From assembly GCA_965203165.1 (NCBI GenBank), contig OZ241849.1, forward strand, positions 2,766,861-2,830,860: DNA of 64,000 nucleotides, read 5' to 3'. The notes under the pieces are model-generated. The model had not been told where the DNA came from and searched no databases. It saw nothing but the letters and a program-made list of their open reading frames with translations. Shown here piece after piece: positions 54,367 through 63,995 of the stretch. Position numbers and translations under genes: made by a program. The DNA is from Dehalococcoidia bacterium (GTDB lineage Bacteria > Chloroflexota > Dehalococcoidia > Bin125). The first letter of the stretch is position 1, and each line of letters starts with the position of its first letter.

Positions 54367-55482
54367 ATGAAGGCGGCAATCTTCGACCCCGACAATCAGG
54401 AGAAAGACGGCGACCGCTCGGTGCTCGAAGTGCACGACATCGATGTGCGCGACCCGGAGCCGGCCGAGGTGCTGGTGCGCACGACGACCAGCGGGGTCTG
54501 CCACAGCGACCTGCACTTCGTCGACGGCAAGTGGGCGGCGGCCTTCGGCGGGCTGCCCGCGGTGCTCGGCCACGAGGCCGCCGGCGTGGTCGAGAAGGTC
54601 GGCGACGATGTGACCTACGTCCAGCCGGGCGACAACGTGATCATGTCCTTCCGCCCGTTCTGCGGCGACTGCTACTGGTGCCTGCGCGGCGAGCCGAACC
54701 TCTGCCCCGCGCCCAACGACGCGGCGCTCTCGCGCAACCGGCTCACCTGGGACGGCCGCCCGGTCGTGCAGATGGCCTCGGTCGGCTCGTTCGGCGAGTA
54801 CATGCTGACCACGCAGGCCGGCGTGCTGAAGATCCCCGAGGACATCCCGCCGGCCGAGGCGGCGCTGGTCGGCTGCGGCGTGATGACCGGCGTCGGCGCG
54901 GCGCTCTACACCGCCAAGGTGCCGGGCGGCGCGATCGTCGCGGTGATCGGCTGCGGCGGCGTGGGGCTGAACGTGATCCAGGGCTGCAAGATCGCCGGCG
55001 CGAGCCAGATCATCGCGGTCGACATCCTCGACAACAAGCTCGAGATGGCGGAGAACTTCGGCGCGACCAGCACGATCAACGCCTCCAACGTGGACGCGGT
55101 CGAGGCGGTCAAGGAAATGACCGCCGGCGACGGGGTGGAGATCGCGTTCGAGGCGATCGGCAACGTCAACGCCGCGCGGCAGGCGTGGGACATGGTGCGC
55201 GCGGGCGGCACGGCCTGCATCGTGGGGATGATGCCGCTCGGCTCGGAGGTCAGCCTGCCGGGCCCCGAGTTCCTGCAGGAGAAGAAGGCGATCGGCTGCA
55301 TGTACGGCAGCACGCGCTTCCGCGAGCACATGCCGAAGCTGCTCGACCTCTACCGCCAGGACAAGCTGGACCTGACCGGGCTGGTCAGCCGCCGCTTCGA
55401 GCTGGGCCAGATCAACGAGGCCTTCGCGGCGATGCAGAACGGCGAGGTCGCCCGCGGCGTGCTGGACATCTCGCAGCCCTAG
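54367..55482 (+). CDS. Zinc-dependent alcohol dehydrogenase family protein
   Basis: GVCHSDLH, GHEAAGVVEKVG, CGDCYWCLRGEPNLC and GCGGVGLNVIQG. Confidence 0.9.
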   Translation: MKAAIFDPDNQEKDGDRSVLEVHDIDVRDPEPAEVLVRTTTSGVCHSDLHFVDGKWAAAFGGLPAVLGHEAAGVVEKVGDDVTYVQPGDNVIMSFRPFCGDCYWCLRGEPNLCPAPNDAALSRNRLTWDGRPVVQMASVGSFGEYMLTTQAGVLKIPEDIPPAEAALVGCGVMTGVGAALYTAKVPGGAIVAVIGCGGVGLNVIQGCKIAGASQIIAVDILDNKLEMAENFGATSTINASNVDAVEAVKEMTAGDGVEIAFEAIGNVNAARQAWDMVRAGGTACIVGMMPLGSEVSLPGPEFLQEKKAIGCMYGSTRFREHMPKLLDLYRQDKLDLTGLVSRRFELGQINEAFAAMQNGEVARGVLDISQP

Positions 55483-55500
55483 CCGCCCGCGGAGCCAGGC

Positions 55501-55534
55501 GCGAACGCCGCCGCCCGCAGGGGGCGGCGTTCGC
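55501..55534 (+). terminator. Strong GC hairpin after the ADH gene
   Basis: GCGAACGCCGCC...GGCGGCGTTCGC, a 12-bp perfect stem extendable by CCC/GGG. No U-tract. Confidence 0.4.
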
Positions 55535-55543
55535 GTACCGTGG

Positions 55544-56038
55544 ATGTCGGAGCGCGCCATGCGGCTGAACGACCAGATGGAGGACTTTTCGTTCGCCTAC
55601 ATTATGGCGGTCGCTGCGCAAGCAGGCTTCTGGGTTGAATTCCCGCGTAGGGATCGCAGGAGCGTTGACGGTGTCATCCGCTCTGACTTCGGTGCGCAGC
55701 CGAGTATTCGGTTTCAGGCGAAAGCCACCGCTCAATCCGTAATGCGCCGCGACGGTATCCGCTTCTCCCTTCCGATCAACAACTACAATGATCTGCGGCA
55801 GCAGACGATCATCCCCCAGATTTTGATCGTCGTTCTGCTCCCTGCGGAGACAAGCGGTTGGCTCGCGCAATCGCAAGATGAACTCTGCATGCGGCGTTGC
55901 GGTTACTGGCGCTCCCTCGCGGGTGAGCCGGAGGTCCTGAACAAGCGGACGCGCACCGTTCGCATCCCCGCCGCCAACGTGTTTGATGGAGATAGCCTCG
56001 CTAACCTCATGGAGCGAGCGAGGACAGGGGATCTGTGA
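55544..56038 (+). CDS. DUF4365-like (PD-(D/E)xK restriction-endonuclease-fold) protein
   Basis: EDFSFAYIMAVAAQAGF.......D..SVDGVIRS.....PSIRFQAKAT.........I.F.L...NY..L......P.ILIVVLLP....GWL matches the recalled DUF4365 core. The segment is lower in GC. Confidence 0.55.
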   Translation: MSERAMRLNDQMEDFSFAYIMAVAAQAGFWVEFPRRDRRSVDGVIRSDFGAQPSIRFQAKATAQSVMRRDGIRFSLPINNYNDLRQQTIIPQILIVVLLPAETSGWLAQSQDELCMRRCGYWRSLAGEPEVLNKRTRTVRIPAANVFDGDSLANLMERARTGDL

Positions 56039-57183
56039 TGCAGGTCGACATCCATGATCGCGCGGCGTTGAGCGCCATTCCTGCGCCCAGTCTGCTCGCC
56101 TACCTCAAAGCGGCTGACTGGGAGAGCGGAGGAGACTGGGGCAACCGCGCGATTCTCTACACGAAACAGCATCAGGGACGTCAGTGGGACATCCTTGTGC
56201 CGCTGAAAGATACGGTCGCGGATTTCGCCCAGAACATGGCCGAGTCCATCCAAATTCTGTCCGTTGTTGAGCAGCGCTCGCAGCTGGATGTGTATCGCGA
56301 CCTTCTCGCCGCGGGGACTGATGTCATCCGGCTGTCAGCGCTTGATCGATACAATTCGCGCTCATTCTCGCTCCACGACACTGGCCAGCTCTTCGGAGAG
56401 GCGCACGCGCTTCTGTCAGCGGCGGCGCGCGCTGCCGAACGTCCGCGCGAGGCGTACCGCGGTGCAGCCTCGAAAGATGTTTCCCACTTCCTGGATCACA
56501 TCGTTCCCGCGCCAACCGACTTCGACGGCTTCGACCTGACGCTTTATTCGCCGCTCGTCCACTTCGGTCAGGCCGAGCTTCTCTCTGAGACCCCACAGCT
56601 CCCCTTTTCTCGCCGCGCGGTCCTCGCATTGGCGAACGGCCTGTCTGCTGCTGAGGAAGCGATCGCCGAGTCACACGCGATCAACTCGCTGGAGCCGTTC
56701 GAGCGAGCCGTTCCTGCGGGTGTCAGCGCCAATCTGTGCGCGGCGATCGCGGGATTGACCGAGCAATCGCATGAGTTCGGCTCAGGCTGTTCAGTGGATG
56801 TCCGCTGGGCTGCGACACGGCCCCAAGGTCGAGTAGCCAATGCGCGCGTCCCGTTCAGCATTCACTCCGTCGGCACTCTGTACGACGCGAGACAACACTT
56901 GCTCGCCCGTGCGTCGTTTTCCGACGAACATGTAGTCGGTGATCCAGTCGTATTGGCTCGCAAGCGTGATCAGCAAGAGGGCCGAGCGCTCGTCTTGCCC
57001 GACCGCGCTGACCTCCCGTCTCGTCTCGAAGTCCGACTCAACAAGTCGGACTACGACAAAGTGATTCAGGCATTCCGTCGGCAGGTGAAGATCGAGCTCG
57101 ACGGCGACATTCACCCCAAAGGCAACGGCTACGAGCTGCGCAACCCGCGCAATGTGCGGCTGATCGAGGGTCCGGGCGAGTGA
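56035..57183 (+). CDS. Hypothetical 382-aa protein coupled to the DUF4365-like gene
   Basis: The start overlaps the upstream stop (GTGATG). No recognisable domain. Same lower-GC segment. Confidence 0.6.
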   Translation: MMQVDIHDRAALSAIPAPSLLAYLKAADWESGGDWGNRAILYTKQHQGRQWDILVPLKDTVADFAQNMAESIQILSVVEQRSQLDVYRDLLAAGTDVIRLSALDRYNSRSFSLHDTGQLFGEAHALLSAAARAAERPREAYRGAASKDVSHFLDHIVPAPTDFDGFDLTLYSPLVHFGQAELLSETPQLPFSRRAVLALANGLSAAEEAIAESHAINSLEPFERAVPAGVSANLCAAIAGLTEQSHEFGSGCSVDVRWAATRPQGRVANARVPFSIHSVGTLYDARQHLLARASFSDEHVVGDPVVLARKRDQQEGRALVLPDRADLPSRLEVRLNKSDYDKVIQAFRRQVKIELDGDIHPKGNGYELRNPRNVRLIEGPGE

Positions 57184-58469
57184 CCGACTTCGACGCCTGG
57201 TTGCCGCCCCGCGCGGCGCGGCGCGCTGGCCGCCGCGGAAGCGCCGCCGACGCCCTACGCCAGATCCCCGACCGCGCCCGCGTCGTCGTGCCCGCGCTCT
57301 CCGGCACGCCGCTCGGACTGCTCGCTGCGCTTGACGAGCTGCGCGGCGGCTGGACGGAGCTCGAGCTCGCCTGCGGCAGCCTGCTGGCGCCGATCGCCCC
57401 GCTCGACCACATCGGCGAGCCCTTTCGCTTATCCACCTACCAGACCAGCGCCGCCCTGCGCCCCGCAGAGGAGGCCGGCTGCCTTGAACACATCCCCGCG
57501 TCCTACGCGCAGGTGCCGACGCTGTTCGCGCCCGACGGCGCGCTGCCCGCCGATGCCGTGCTGGCGCAGGTCTCCCCGCCGGGGCCCGACGGACGCCACT
57601 CGCTGGGCGCCTCGGTCGGCGGCATCGTTGACGTAATCCGCACCGCGCCGCTGGTGCTCGGCCAGATCAACGCCAACCTGCCCTACAGCTTCGGCGCGGG
57701 CGAGCTCGAGCCCGAAGAGTTCGACTGGCTGGTCGAGCTGGACAGCGAGGTGCCGCAACTCCAGCGCGCCGAGCCCGGCCCGGTCGAGCGGCAGATCGCC
57801 GAGCAGGTCGCCGCGCTGGTGCCCGACGGCGCGACGCTGCAATTCGGGCTCGGCGGCGTGCCCGAAGCGATCATGGGGCTGCTCGGCGCGCGCGCCGACC
57901 TCGGCGTCCACTCCGGCCTGATCAGCGACGGCATCATCGGGCTACATAAGAGCGGCGCGCTGACCGGCGCGCGCAAGGCGACCGCGCCCGGACTGATCAT
58001 CACCACCGAGGCGGCCGGCAGCGCCGACTTCTACCGCTGGCTGCACCGCAACGAGGCCGTGCGGCTCGCGCCGGCCGGCTATACCCACTCGCTGCTCGTG
58101 CTCGCCCAGCAGAGCGGCTTCGTCGCGATCAACTCGGCCGTGCAGGTCGCGCTCGACGGCTCGGTCAACGCCGAGAGCGTCGGCGGGCGGCAGATTTCCG
58201 GCCCCGGCGGCCAGCCCGACTTCGCCGCCGGCGCGCAGCTCAACGGCGGCCTCAGCGTGATCGCGCTGCCCGCCACCGCCGCCCGCGGGCGCGTCTCGCG
58301 GATCGTCCAGCGGCTCGACCCCGACGCGACCGTGACCACCCCGCGCTACCTCGCCGATGTCGTGGTCACCGAGCACGGCGCCGCGCGGCTGCGCGGGCGC
58401 ACGCTGGGGCAGCGGGCCGACGCCCTGCGCGCAATCGCCGCGCCGCAATTCCGCGCTGAGCTCGGCTGA
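57180..58469 (+). CDS. Acetyl-CoA hydrolase/transferase family protein (4-hydroxybutyrate CoA-transferase-like)
   Basis: N- and C-terminal CoA-transferase halves: LQFGLGGVPEAI, NSAVQVALDGSVNAE..GGRQISGPGGQPDF. GTG 57180 overlaps the preceding stop; the start is uncertain. Confidence 0.75.
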   Translation: MTDFDAWLPPRAARRAGRRGSAADALRQIPDRARVVVPALSGTPLGLLAALDELRGGWTELELACGSLLAPIAPLDHIGEPFRLSTYQTSAALRPAEEAGCLEHIPASYAQVPTLFAPDGALPADAVLAQVSPPGPDGRHSLGASVGGIVDVIRTAPLVLGQINANLPYSFGAGELEPEEFDWLVELDSEVPQLQRAEPGPVERQIAEQVAALVPDGATLQFGLGGVPEAIMGLLGARADLGVHSGLISDGIIGLHKSGALTGARKATAPGLIITTEAAGSADFYRWLHRNEAVRLAPAGYTHSLLVLAQQSGFVAINSAVQVALDGSVNAESVGGRQISGPGGQPDFAAGAQLNGGLSVIALPATAARGRVSRIVQRLDPDATVTTPRYLADVVVTEHGAARLRGRTLGQRADALRAIAAPQFRAELG

Positions 58470-58613
58470 CGGCGGCTGGCTGCGACTGATTGCGCAAAGG
58501 GCGCGACGCAAATTGCGACGCCTGCGCGACATCCGCGCGCCCGCCCGATGCACACTGCGCCGCTTCGCCATATCCTGCGTAAGGATGCACCGTTCCGCAC
58601 CCTGGAGGAGACC

Positions 58614-59054
58614 ATGCCCGAAGCCATCGAAGACATGCTGGCCAACACCTCGCTGTTCGCCCGCGTCGACCGCGAACACCTCGGCGCCATCTCCGCCTGG
58701 GTGCAGATCCAGAGCTTCAACGAAGGCCAGGTGATCGAGCGCGAGGGCGACCTCGGCACCGCGCTTCACGTGATCCGCTCCGGCGGCGTCGACGTCTACC
58801 AGGGCTACAACACCGACAACCGGCAGCACCTCGCCTCGTTCGGCGAGGGCGACTTCTTCGGCGAGATGGCGCTGCTGCTGGGTCGCCCGCGCAGCGCCAC
58901 GATCATCGCCAACGTGCCCACCGAGTGCCTCGTAATCCTGCGCTCCACCTTCGAGGACGAGGCGACCAAGGAAGTGCTCTGGTCGATGCTGCACCACGTC
59001 GCGGAGCGCCTCTCCTCCGCCGACGAGCAGCTCGGCGAGCTCGCCTCGCACTAA
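58614..59054 (+). CDS. Cyclic-nucleotide-binding domain protein
   Basis: FGEGDFFGEMALLLGRPRSATIIA is the cNMP-binding phosphate-binding cassette. ATG 58614 follows GGAGGAG. Confidence 0.8.
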   Translation: MPEAIEDMLANTSLFARVDREHLGAISAWVQIQSFNEGQVIEREGDLGTALHVIRSGGVDVYQGYNTDNRQHLASFGEGDFFGEMALLLGRPRSATIIANVPTECLVILRSTFEDEATKEVLWSMLHHVAERLSSADEQLGELASH

Positions 59055-59201
59055 CGCATCCGCCCCGTCAGAGGCAGGCGGAGACGGCGGCGTCCTACCC
59101 GCCCGGCGGAAGCGTACTCAAGCGCTGGAGCGCACCCCGGCGCAGGAACACCCATACCCGCGCGTTCGTCTGGCTAGCATCCGGCCGAAGGGGAGTGCGC
59201 G

Positions 59202-61934
59202 ATGCGTATCCGGAGCGTGGCGGCGCTGCTCGCGTTAACCGTCGCTCTGTTGTGGGCGGGCGGCGCGTCGGCGGATGGGCCGCTGACGCTGGAGGGGCGC
59301 ACGGCTTCGAGCCTGACGGTGTCCTGGAGCTGGGGCGGGCAGACGGCTTCGGCCTGGGATCTCGCCTGGCAGGCGCGGGGCGACGATGACGCCGTGGCCT
59401 GGCGCAGCGTGCGCAAGACGGCGGCGCAGCGGCGGCACACGATCGAGGAGCTTGAGGCGGGCATGCGTTACATCGTGCGCGTGCGTGCGCTCGACTCCAA
59501 CGACCGGCCATTCGCCAGCTTGCAGGGAGCCTTCGCCACATCCTCGGCGGCCGCCGGCCAGTCGTTGGATCCGCGCCTCCGGCGCGGCCTTGCCGAGCGC
59601 CTGACGCTGGAGCTTGAGAGTTCGCGCGAGCTTTGCACGGCGGGCACGCTGACGGAAATCTCGTGGCAGATCAGCGGCGGCAAGCCGCCCCACAAGCTGC
59701 AAGTCGAAGGAACCCCCGTCAACGCGGACGCCGACAACATCCGCATCAACTGCGGCGTGCTGAGCGAAGCCGAGGCCGCGGATGAGGCGGCGGCGCTGGC
59801 CGCCAAGCGGGTCACGGCGGTGGTGACGGACGCCAGGGGCGTGCGGCGGGAGGCGGCGCTCGATGTGGCAAGGGCGCGGGCGCTGCCTGCGCTCGACGCT
59901 GTCGGAGACATCAGGCCCTATCACGATGCCTTGACCTTCACGTGGGGAGGCATTGATGTGTCGCGCTGTTCCACGGCCGAGTGTTACGCGCTGCGTTGGC
60001 GGCCGATCGGTGAGGCAACCTGGAGGATAGCGCTGTTCCAGTTCAGCCCCCATGTTTCGGATGCTCTCGACTTCTACATCGACGGACTGTCGAGCGGGAG
60101 GAGCTATGAAGCGGCTACGGCAGCGATTCGAGACCGGATCGAAAACGAGACGCCGGATGCGCTGATCTGGTCGAGCACATTACGCGGCGTAACGCTGACT
60201 ATCCCCACGGGACTGACAGCGGCGGCGACGTATGACACGGTCACGCTGCGCTGGGACCGTCAGCCGTCGGCGACGCAGTACTATGTGTGGTTAAACGGTG
60301 GGGACGGCGGCCTCAGCAACCACATTACCGACGACGATGAGGCGGCCTGGGGGGACCCAAGCAGCGAGTTTCACGAGGTGGTGTTCCGTGATCTGCCAAG
60401 CGGCATGGAATTCACCGCCGTTGTCGTATCCGAGTACGCCAGCGACGGCTCCTCGATGGAAGCGACAACGAAGGTTCGTACCCTGCCGATGCCCTCCGAC
60501 CGCGAAGCGCTGCCGAGAGGTCCACAAAACCTGCGCGTCACGGCGACTCCGACGAGCATCACTGCGACTTGGGACGAGCCCTTCAGTGGAGCGCCGTCCG
60601 GCTACATCGTGAGTTTGTACCACCCATCTGTCGAGACGCCTTGGCTTGAGTGGGTGTGGGCTCCTGACCTGACTGTAACTTTCAGCGGGTTGCAATCCAA
60701 TGTCACCTACCGCCTCGCTGTCGAACAGCTCGGCCCTGTGGCGAATCCTGCTGAAGTCTCCATTGCGACCGGTGATGCACCGCCATCGGCCGCTCAGGGG
60801 GCAGCAGGCGATTCGGACGCTGAACAGGAGACTCCGCGCCTCCATTTCTTCCCAATCTGGCCGATGGCTATTGACGGCGACTATGCCATGACCGACGACC
60901 CGTTCGAGTGGCGCGCCGGCGACATCGACAACCGCGGAGTGACGGCTTACGCCGCGACCACGGTACTGCGCTACAACGCCTACGATGCCGCAGGCGAGGC
61001 GGCGAGCGCGGGCAACTATGCCTTTCTCTCCGACTCGGATGGCGCGGCGAGCGTTGTTGCGACTTACGAAGGCCTGCGCGACGGTACGGCGAAACGTCTG
61101 CTGATCCACAAGTCCGACGCACAGGGTGTATCACGGGCAACGCTCTACGACGCGGTCGCGGCGGGCGATTTCTTTGAGTGGCGCGAGTCCGACGACTGCT
61201 GGGTGCGCTACCGAGTAACCGAAGTTCTACCCGACCCGCCGGGCGCCGCGCCGCGCAAGCTGCTCGCCGTGGAGTGGACAACCTACGCCTTCAGCGGCTG
61301 TAGCGGAGCGATCGCCGTAAACGCCGCCGTTGTGTTCGACTGGGGACCGCTGCCCAATCTCGGTGGCGTCAGCTTGGCCGTGCCGATCCGCCATGGTCCC
61401 TTCCAGCTTGCCCCCGAAGACTGGAGTGGGCCGGTCGAGAAAGATCCATTTCGCCCCTGGCCGGCGAATTCCTATGCCAAATCAGTGGTGACCGCAGATC
61501 TCGCTGAGGCGCGGCGGCTGCCCCACTGGCGCGATCCGACGCTGCCTTCAGGCTGGACGTTCGTGTTGGCCAGCAGCGGAGATCCTTCCTATGATCCCCC
61601 CAACGGATACTGCGCCGGGTGGGCAAACGACCGCGGCTACGGAGGCGTTGAGATCTGTGGCGGCTTTTACCTCGGTCGGGACCGGCCTTGGGAGTCGTCT
61701 TGGAATGACGGCCGAGGCGTTGTCGAGACTCGGACGATCGTGGGACGATCGTCGATCGTTGTGTACAGCCCGCCCGGTCCGAATCACAACCGCTACCGCT
61801 CGATTCAAATTTGGGTCTATGACTCGACCCCAGGTGCCGTGTACCGCGTGAGAGGGTTGGACTGGACACTGAACGGAAGCAACGTCGACGCCGTTATTGC
61901 GATCGCACGCAGCTTGTTTGAGGGAGCGGACTAA
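59202..61934 (+). CDS. Large secreted multi-Fn3 protein with unknown ~340-aa C-terminal domain
   Basis: Signal peptide MRIRSVAALLALTVALLWAGGASA. Several Fn3-like units (..SLTVSW.., ..VTLRWD.., ..ITATWDEP..YRLAV). The N-terminal 225 aa are shared with the next gene. Confidence 0.7.
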   Translation: MRIRSVAALLALTVALLWAGGASADGPLTLEGRTASSLTVSWSWGGQTASAWDLAWQARGDDDAVAWRSVRKTAAQRRHTIEELEAGMRYIVRVRALDSNDRPFASLQGAFATSSAAAGQSLDPRLRRGLAERLTLELESSRELCTAGTLTEISWQISGGKPPHKLQVEGTPVNADADNIRINCGVLSEAEAADEAAALAAKRVTAVVTDARGVRREAALDVARARALPALDAVGDIRPYHDALTFTWGGIDVSRCSTAECYALRWRPIGEATWRIALFQFSPHVSDALDFYIDGLSSGRSYEAATAAIRDRIENETPDALIWSSTLRGVTLTIPTGLTAAATYDTVTLRWDRQPSATQYYVWLNGGDGGLSNHITDDDEAAWGDPSSEFHEVVFRDLPSGMEFTAVVVSEYASDGSSMEATTKVRTLPMPSDREALPRGPQNLRVTATPTSITATWDEPFSGAPSGYIVSLYHPSVETPWLEWVWAPDLTVTFSGLQSNVTYRLAVEQLGPVANPAEVSIATGDAPPSAAQGAAGDSDAEQETPRLHFFPIWPMAIDGDYAMTDDPFEWRAGDIDNRGVTAYAATTVLRYNAYDAAGEAASAGNYAFLSDSDGAASVVATYEGLRDGTAKRLLIHKSDAQGVSRATLYDAVAAGDFFEWRESDDCWVRYRVTEVLPDPPGAAPRKLLAVEWTTYAFSGCSGAIAVNAAVVFDWGPLPNLGGVSLAVPIRHGPFQLAPEDWSGPVEKDPFRPWPANSYAKSVVTADLAEARRLPHWRDPTLPSGWTFVLASSGDPSYDPPNGYCAGWANDRGYGGVEICGGFYLGRDRPWESSWNDGRGVVETRTIVGRSSIVVYSPPGPNHNRYRSIQIWVYDSTPGAVYRVRGLDWTLNGSNVDAVIAIARSLFEGAD

Positions 61935-62051
61935 ACGTACGACGCCGATCTTCTCGACGAATGATCTTCCTGCTCGTCCTACAGCCCCACCGTTAAGGGA
62001 ACTTCCGCCCCCGCCTGTTCGTCTTGCTACGATCAGCGCAGGAGGATTCCG

Positions 62052-63995
62052 ATGCGCGTCCGGCTCGCTGTGGCGCTGCTCACATTGGCCACGGTCCTGC
62101 TCTGGGCGGGCTTGGCGTCGGCGGATGGGCCGCTGATGCTGGAGGGGCGGACGGCTTCGAGCCTGACGGTATCCTGGAGTTGGGCCGGGCAGACGGCTTC
62201 GGGCTGGGAGTTGGGCTGGCGGGCGCAGGGCGACTCGGCCGCGGCCTGGCGCAGCGCGCGCAAGACGGTGGCGCAGCGGCGGCACACGATTGAGGAGCTT
62301 GAGGCAGGCGTGCATTACATCGTGCGGGTGCGGGCGCTCGACGCCAGCGACCGGCCATTCGCCAGCTTGCAGCGATCTTTCGCCACATCCTCGGCGGCCG
62401 CCGAGGAGCAGTCGTTGGATCCGCGCCTCCGGCGCGGCCTTGCCGAACGCCTGACGCTGGAGTTGGCGAGTTCGCGCGAGCTCTGCACGGCGGGCACGCT
62501 GACGGAAGTTTCGTGGCAGATTGCGGGCGGCGCGCCGCCCTATTCGCTGCAAGTCGAGGGAGTTCCCGTCAACGCAGACGCCGACAACCTCCGCATCCAC
62601 TGCGGCGCGCTGAGCGAGGAGGAGGCCGCGGACGAGGATGCGGCGCTGGCGGCCAAGCGGATCAGCGCCGTGGTGACGGATGCGAGGGGCGTGCGGCGGG
62701 AGGCGGCGATCGATGTGGCAAGGGCAGCGCCGGCAGCGCCGCCCCAACGCTCCTTGATATACCCGGACACCCACACGCTGCGGTTCAGCTGGCCACTCAG
62801 CCCTGATGAGCCGACAGACGGGCCTCCGCTCCTCTACCTCGGCCGCTGGCGGCGTACAGGAACAAGCGAATGGACCGCTTCTCGTCTGTATCGACCATTC
62901 GATGGCCTAAGCGTGCCTTACGGTTTCATAACCGATCTCGCGCAATCAACCTCCTATGAGGCGCAGTTCGCAGCGATGCGGCACGAGCTGGAAGCAGAAA
63001 CGCCGCACGTGCTGCGTTGGTCGCCCGTGTTTCGCGGATCCACAATTGGCGCCCCAAGCGGCGTAACCGCCTTCGCGACGCACGACACCGTCACCGTGAC
63101 GTGGGACAGCCATCCGACCGCGACTATGTACGACGTGGCGATCTGGCAGGTCGGCGACGAGGAGCCAAGGATATACCGGACGGAGCTATTCGATGTGGCC
63201 ACTGAGGGGCCGACTGAGGCGGCACCTCAGCACAGCGTTGTATTCCGACGCCTGCCGCCAGGCCGCGATTATCAGGTGAGAGTCGAGTTTGCGGGCATCG
63301 ATCCCAATCGTGCGCCGCCCTTCACCACAGTTCCGATCCAGACGAAGCCTGCTCCGGTGGCGTGGACGGCGCCGCCCAAAGGCCCCCAGAATCTACGCGC
63401 CGCTGCGACATATGACAGCATCACCGTGTATTGGGATCATCCTTCCCCTGAGCCGAATGCGGCCTACGACCTGATGCTCATTCATCCTGAGTATTCGATA
63501 CCCCGCCACGAATCCACGTACCGCGGAGCAGCAAGCTTCACGTTCTCGGGGCTTGAGCCGGGCGTGCCGTATCGCATCATCGTCACACACACCACCGACG
63601 ACGTATCGGCCGAGATCGCCTTGTCTACGCCGTCGCTCCCTGACGGCGCTGCACCATCGAGCCATGAGTGGCCATTCCCTACGCCGAACTTCATGTGGCC
63701 GTACATCCTCCGGTCCCATCTCTACATGACCACCGACATGTGGGAATGGGCTGGAAGAAAATTTCACGGCGGCCTCGACTTCGGAGGCTTCCCCGACGCC
63801 GCTTCTCACGATGATATCGTCGCTTCCGCTCCCGGCCTGGCGCGAGCGTTCGACCTCCGCATTGGCGTCTGCAAGAATGCGGACCTTCCGACGCTGCGCG
63901 ATAAATTCTGCGCGGCAGTAGTTTACTGTCCGGACGAGTCTCGCCCCTTTGCCGGGCAGTTTCACGTCAGCAACAGTTCCACCAAGCACGCCTGA
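62052..63995 (+). CDS. Large secreted multi-Fn3 protein with C-terminal M23-peptidase-like motif (paralogue of 59202..61934)
   Basis: Signal peptide MRVRLAVALLTLATVLLWAGLASA. Fn3 units are present. The C-terminus KFHGGLDFGG...IVASAPG resembles the M23 HxxxD motif. The stop at 63995 comes before a recognisable HxH motif. Confidence 0.65.
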   Translation: MRVRLAVALLTLATVLLWAGLASADGPLMLEGRTASSLTVSWSWAGQTASGWELGWRAQGDSAAAWRSARKTVAQRRHTIEELEAGVHYIVRVRALDASDRPFASLQRSFATSSAAAEEQSLDPRLRRGLAERLTLELASSRELCTAGTLTEVSWQIAGGAPPYSLQVEGVPVNADADNLRIHCGALSEEEAADEDAALAAKRISAVVTDARGVRREAAIDVARAAPAAPPQRSLIYPDTHTLRFSWPLSPDEPTDGPPLLYLGRWRRTGTSEWTASRLYRPFDGLSVPYGFITDLAQSTSYEAQFAAMRHELEAETPHVLRWSPVFRGSTIGAPSGVTAFATHDTVTVTWDSHPTATMYDVAIWQVGDEEPRIYRTELFDVATEGPTEAAPQHSVVFRRLPPGRDYQVRVEFAGIDPNRAPPFTTVPIQTKPAPVAWTAPPKGPQNLRAAATYDSITVYWDHPSPEPNAAYDLMLIHPEYSIPRHESTYRGAASFTFSGLEPGVPYRIIVTHTTDDVSAEIALSTPSLPDGAAPSSHEWPFPTPNFMWPYILRSHLYMTTDMWEWAGRKFHGGLDFGGFPDAASHDDIVASAPGLARAFDLRIGVCKNADLPTLRDKFCAAVVYCPDESRPFAGQFHVSNSSTKHA

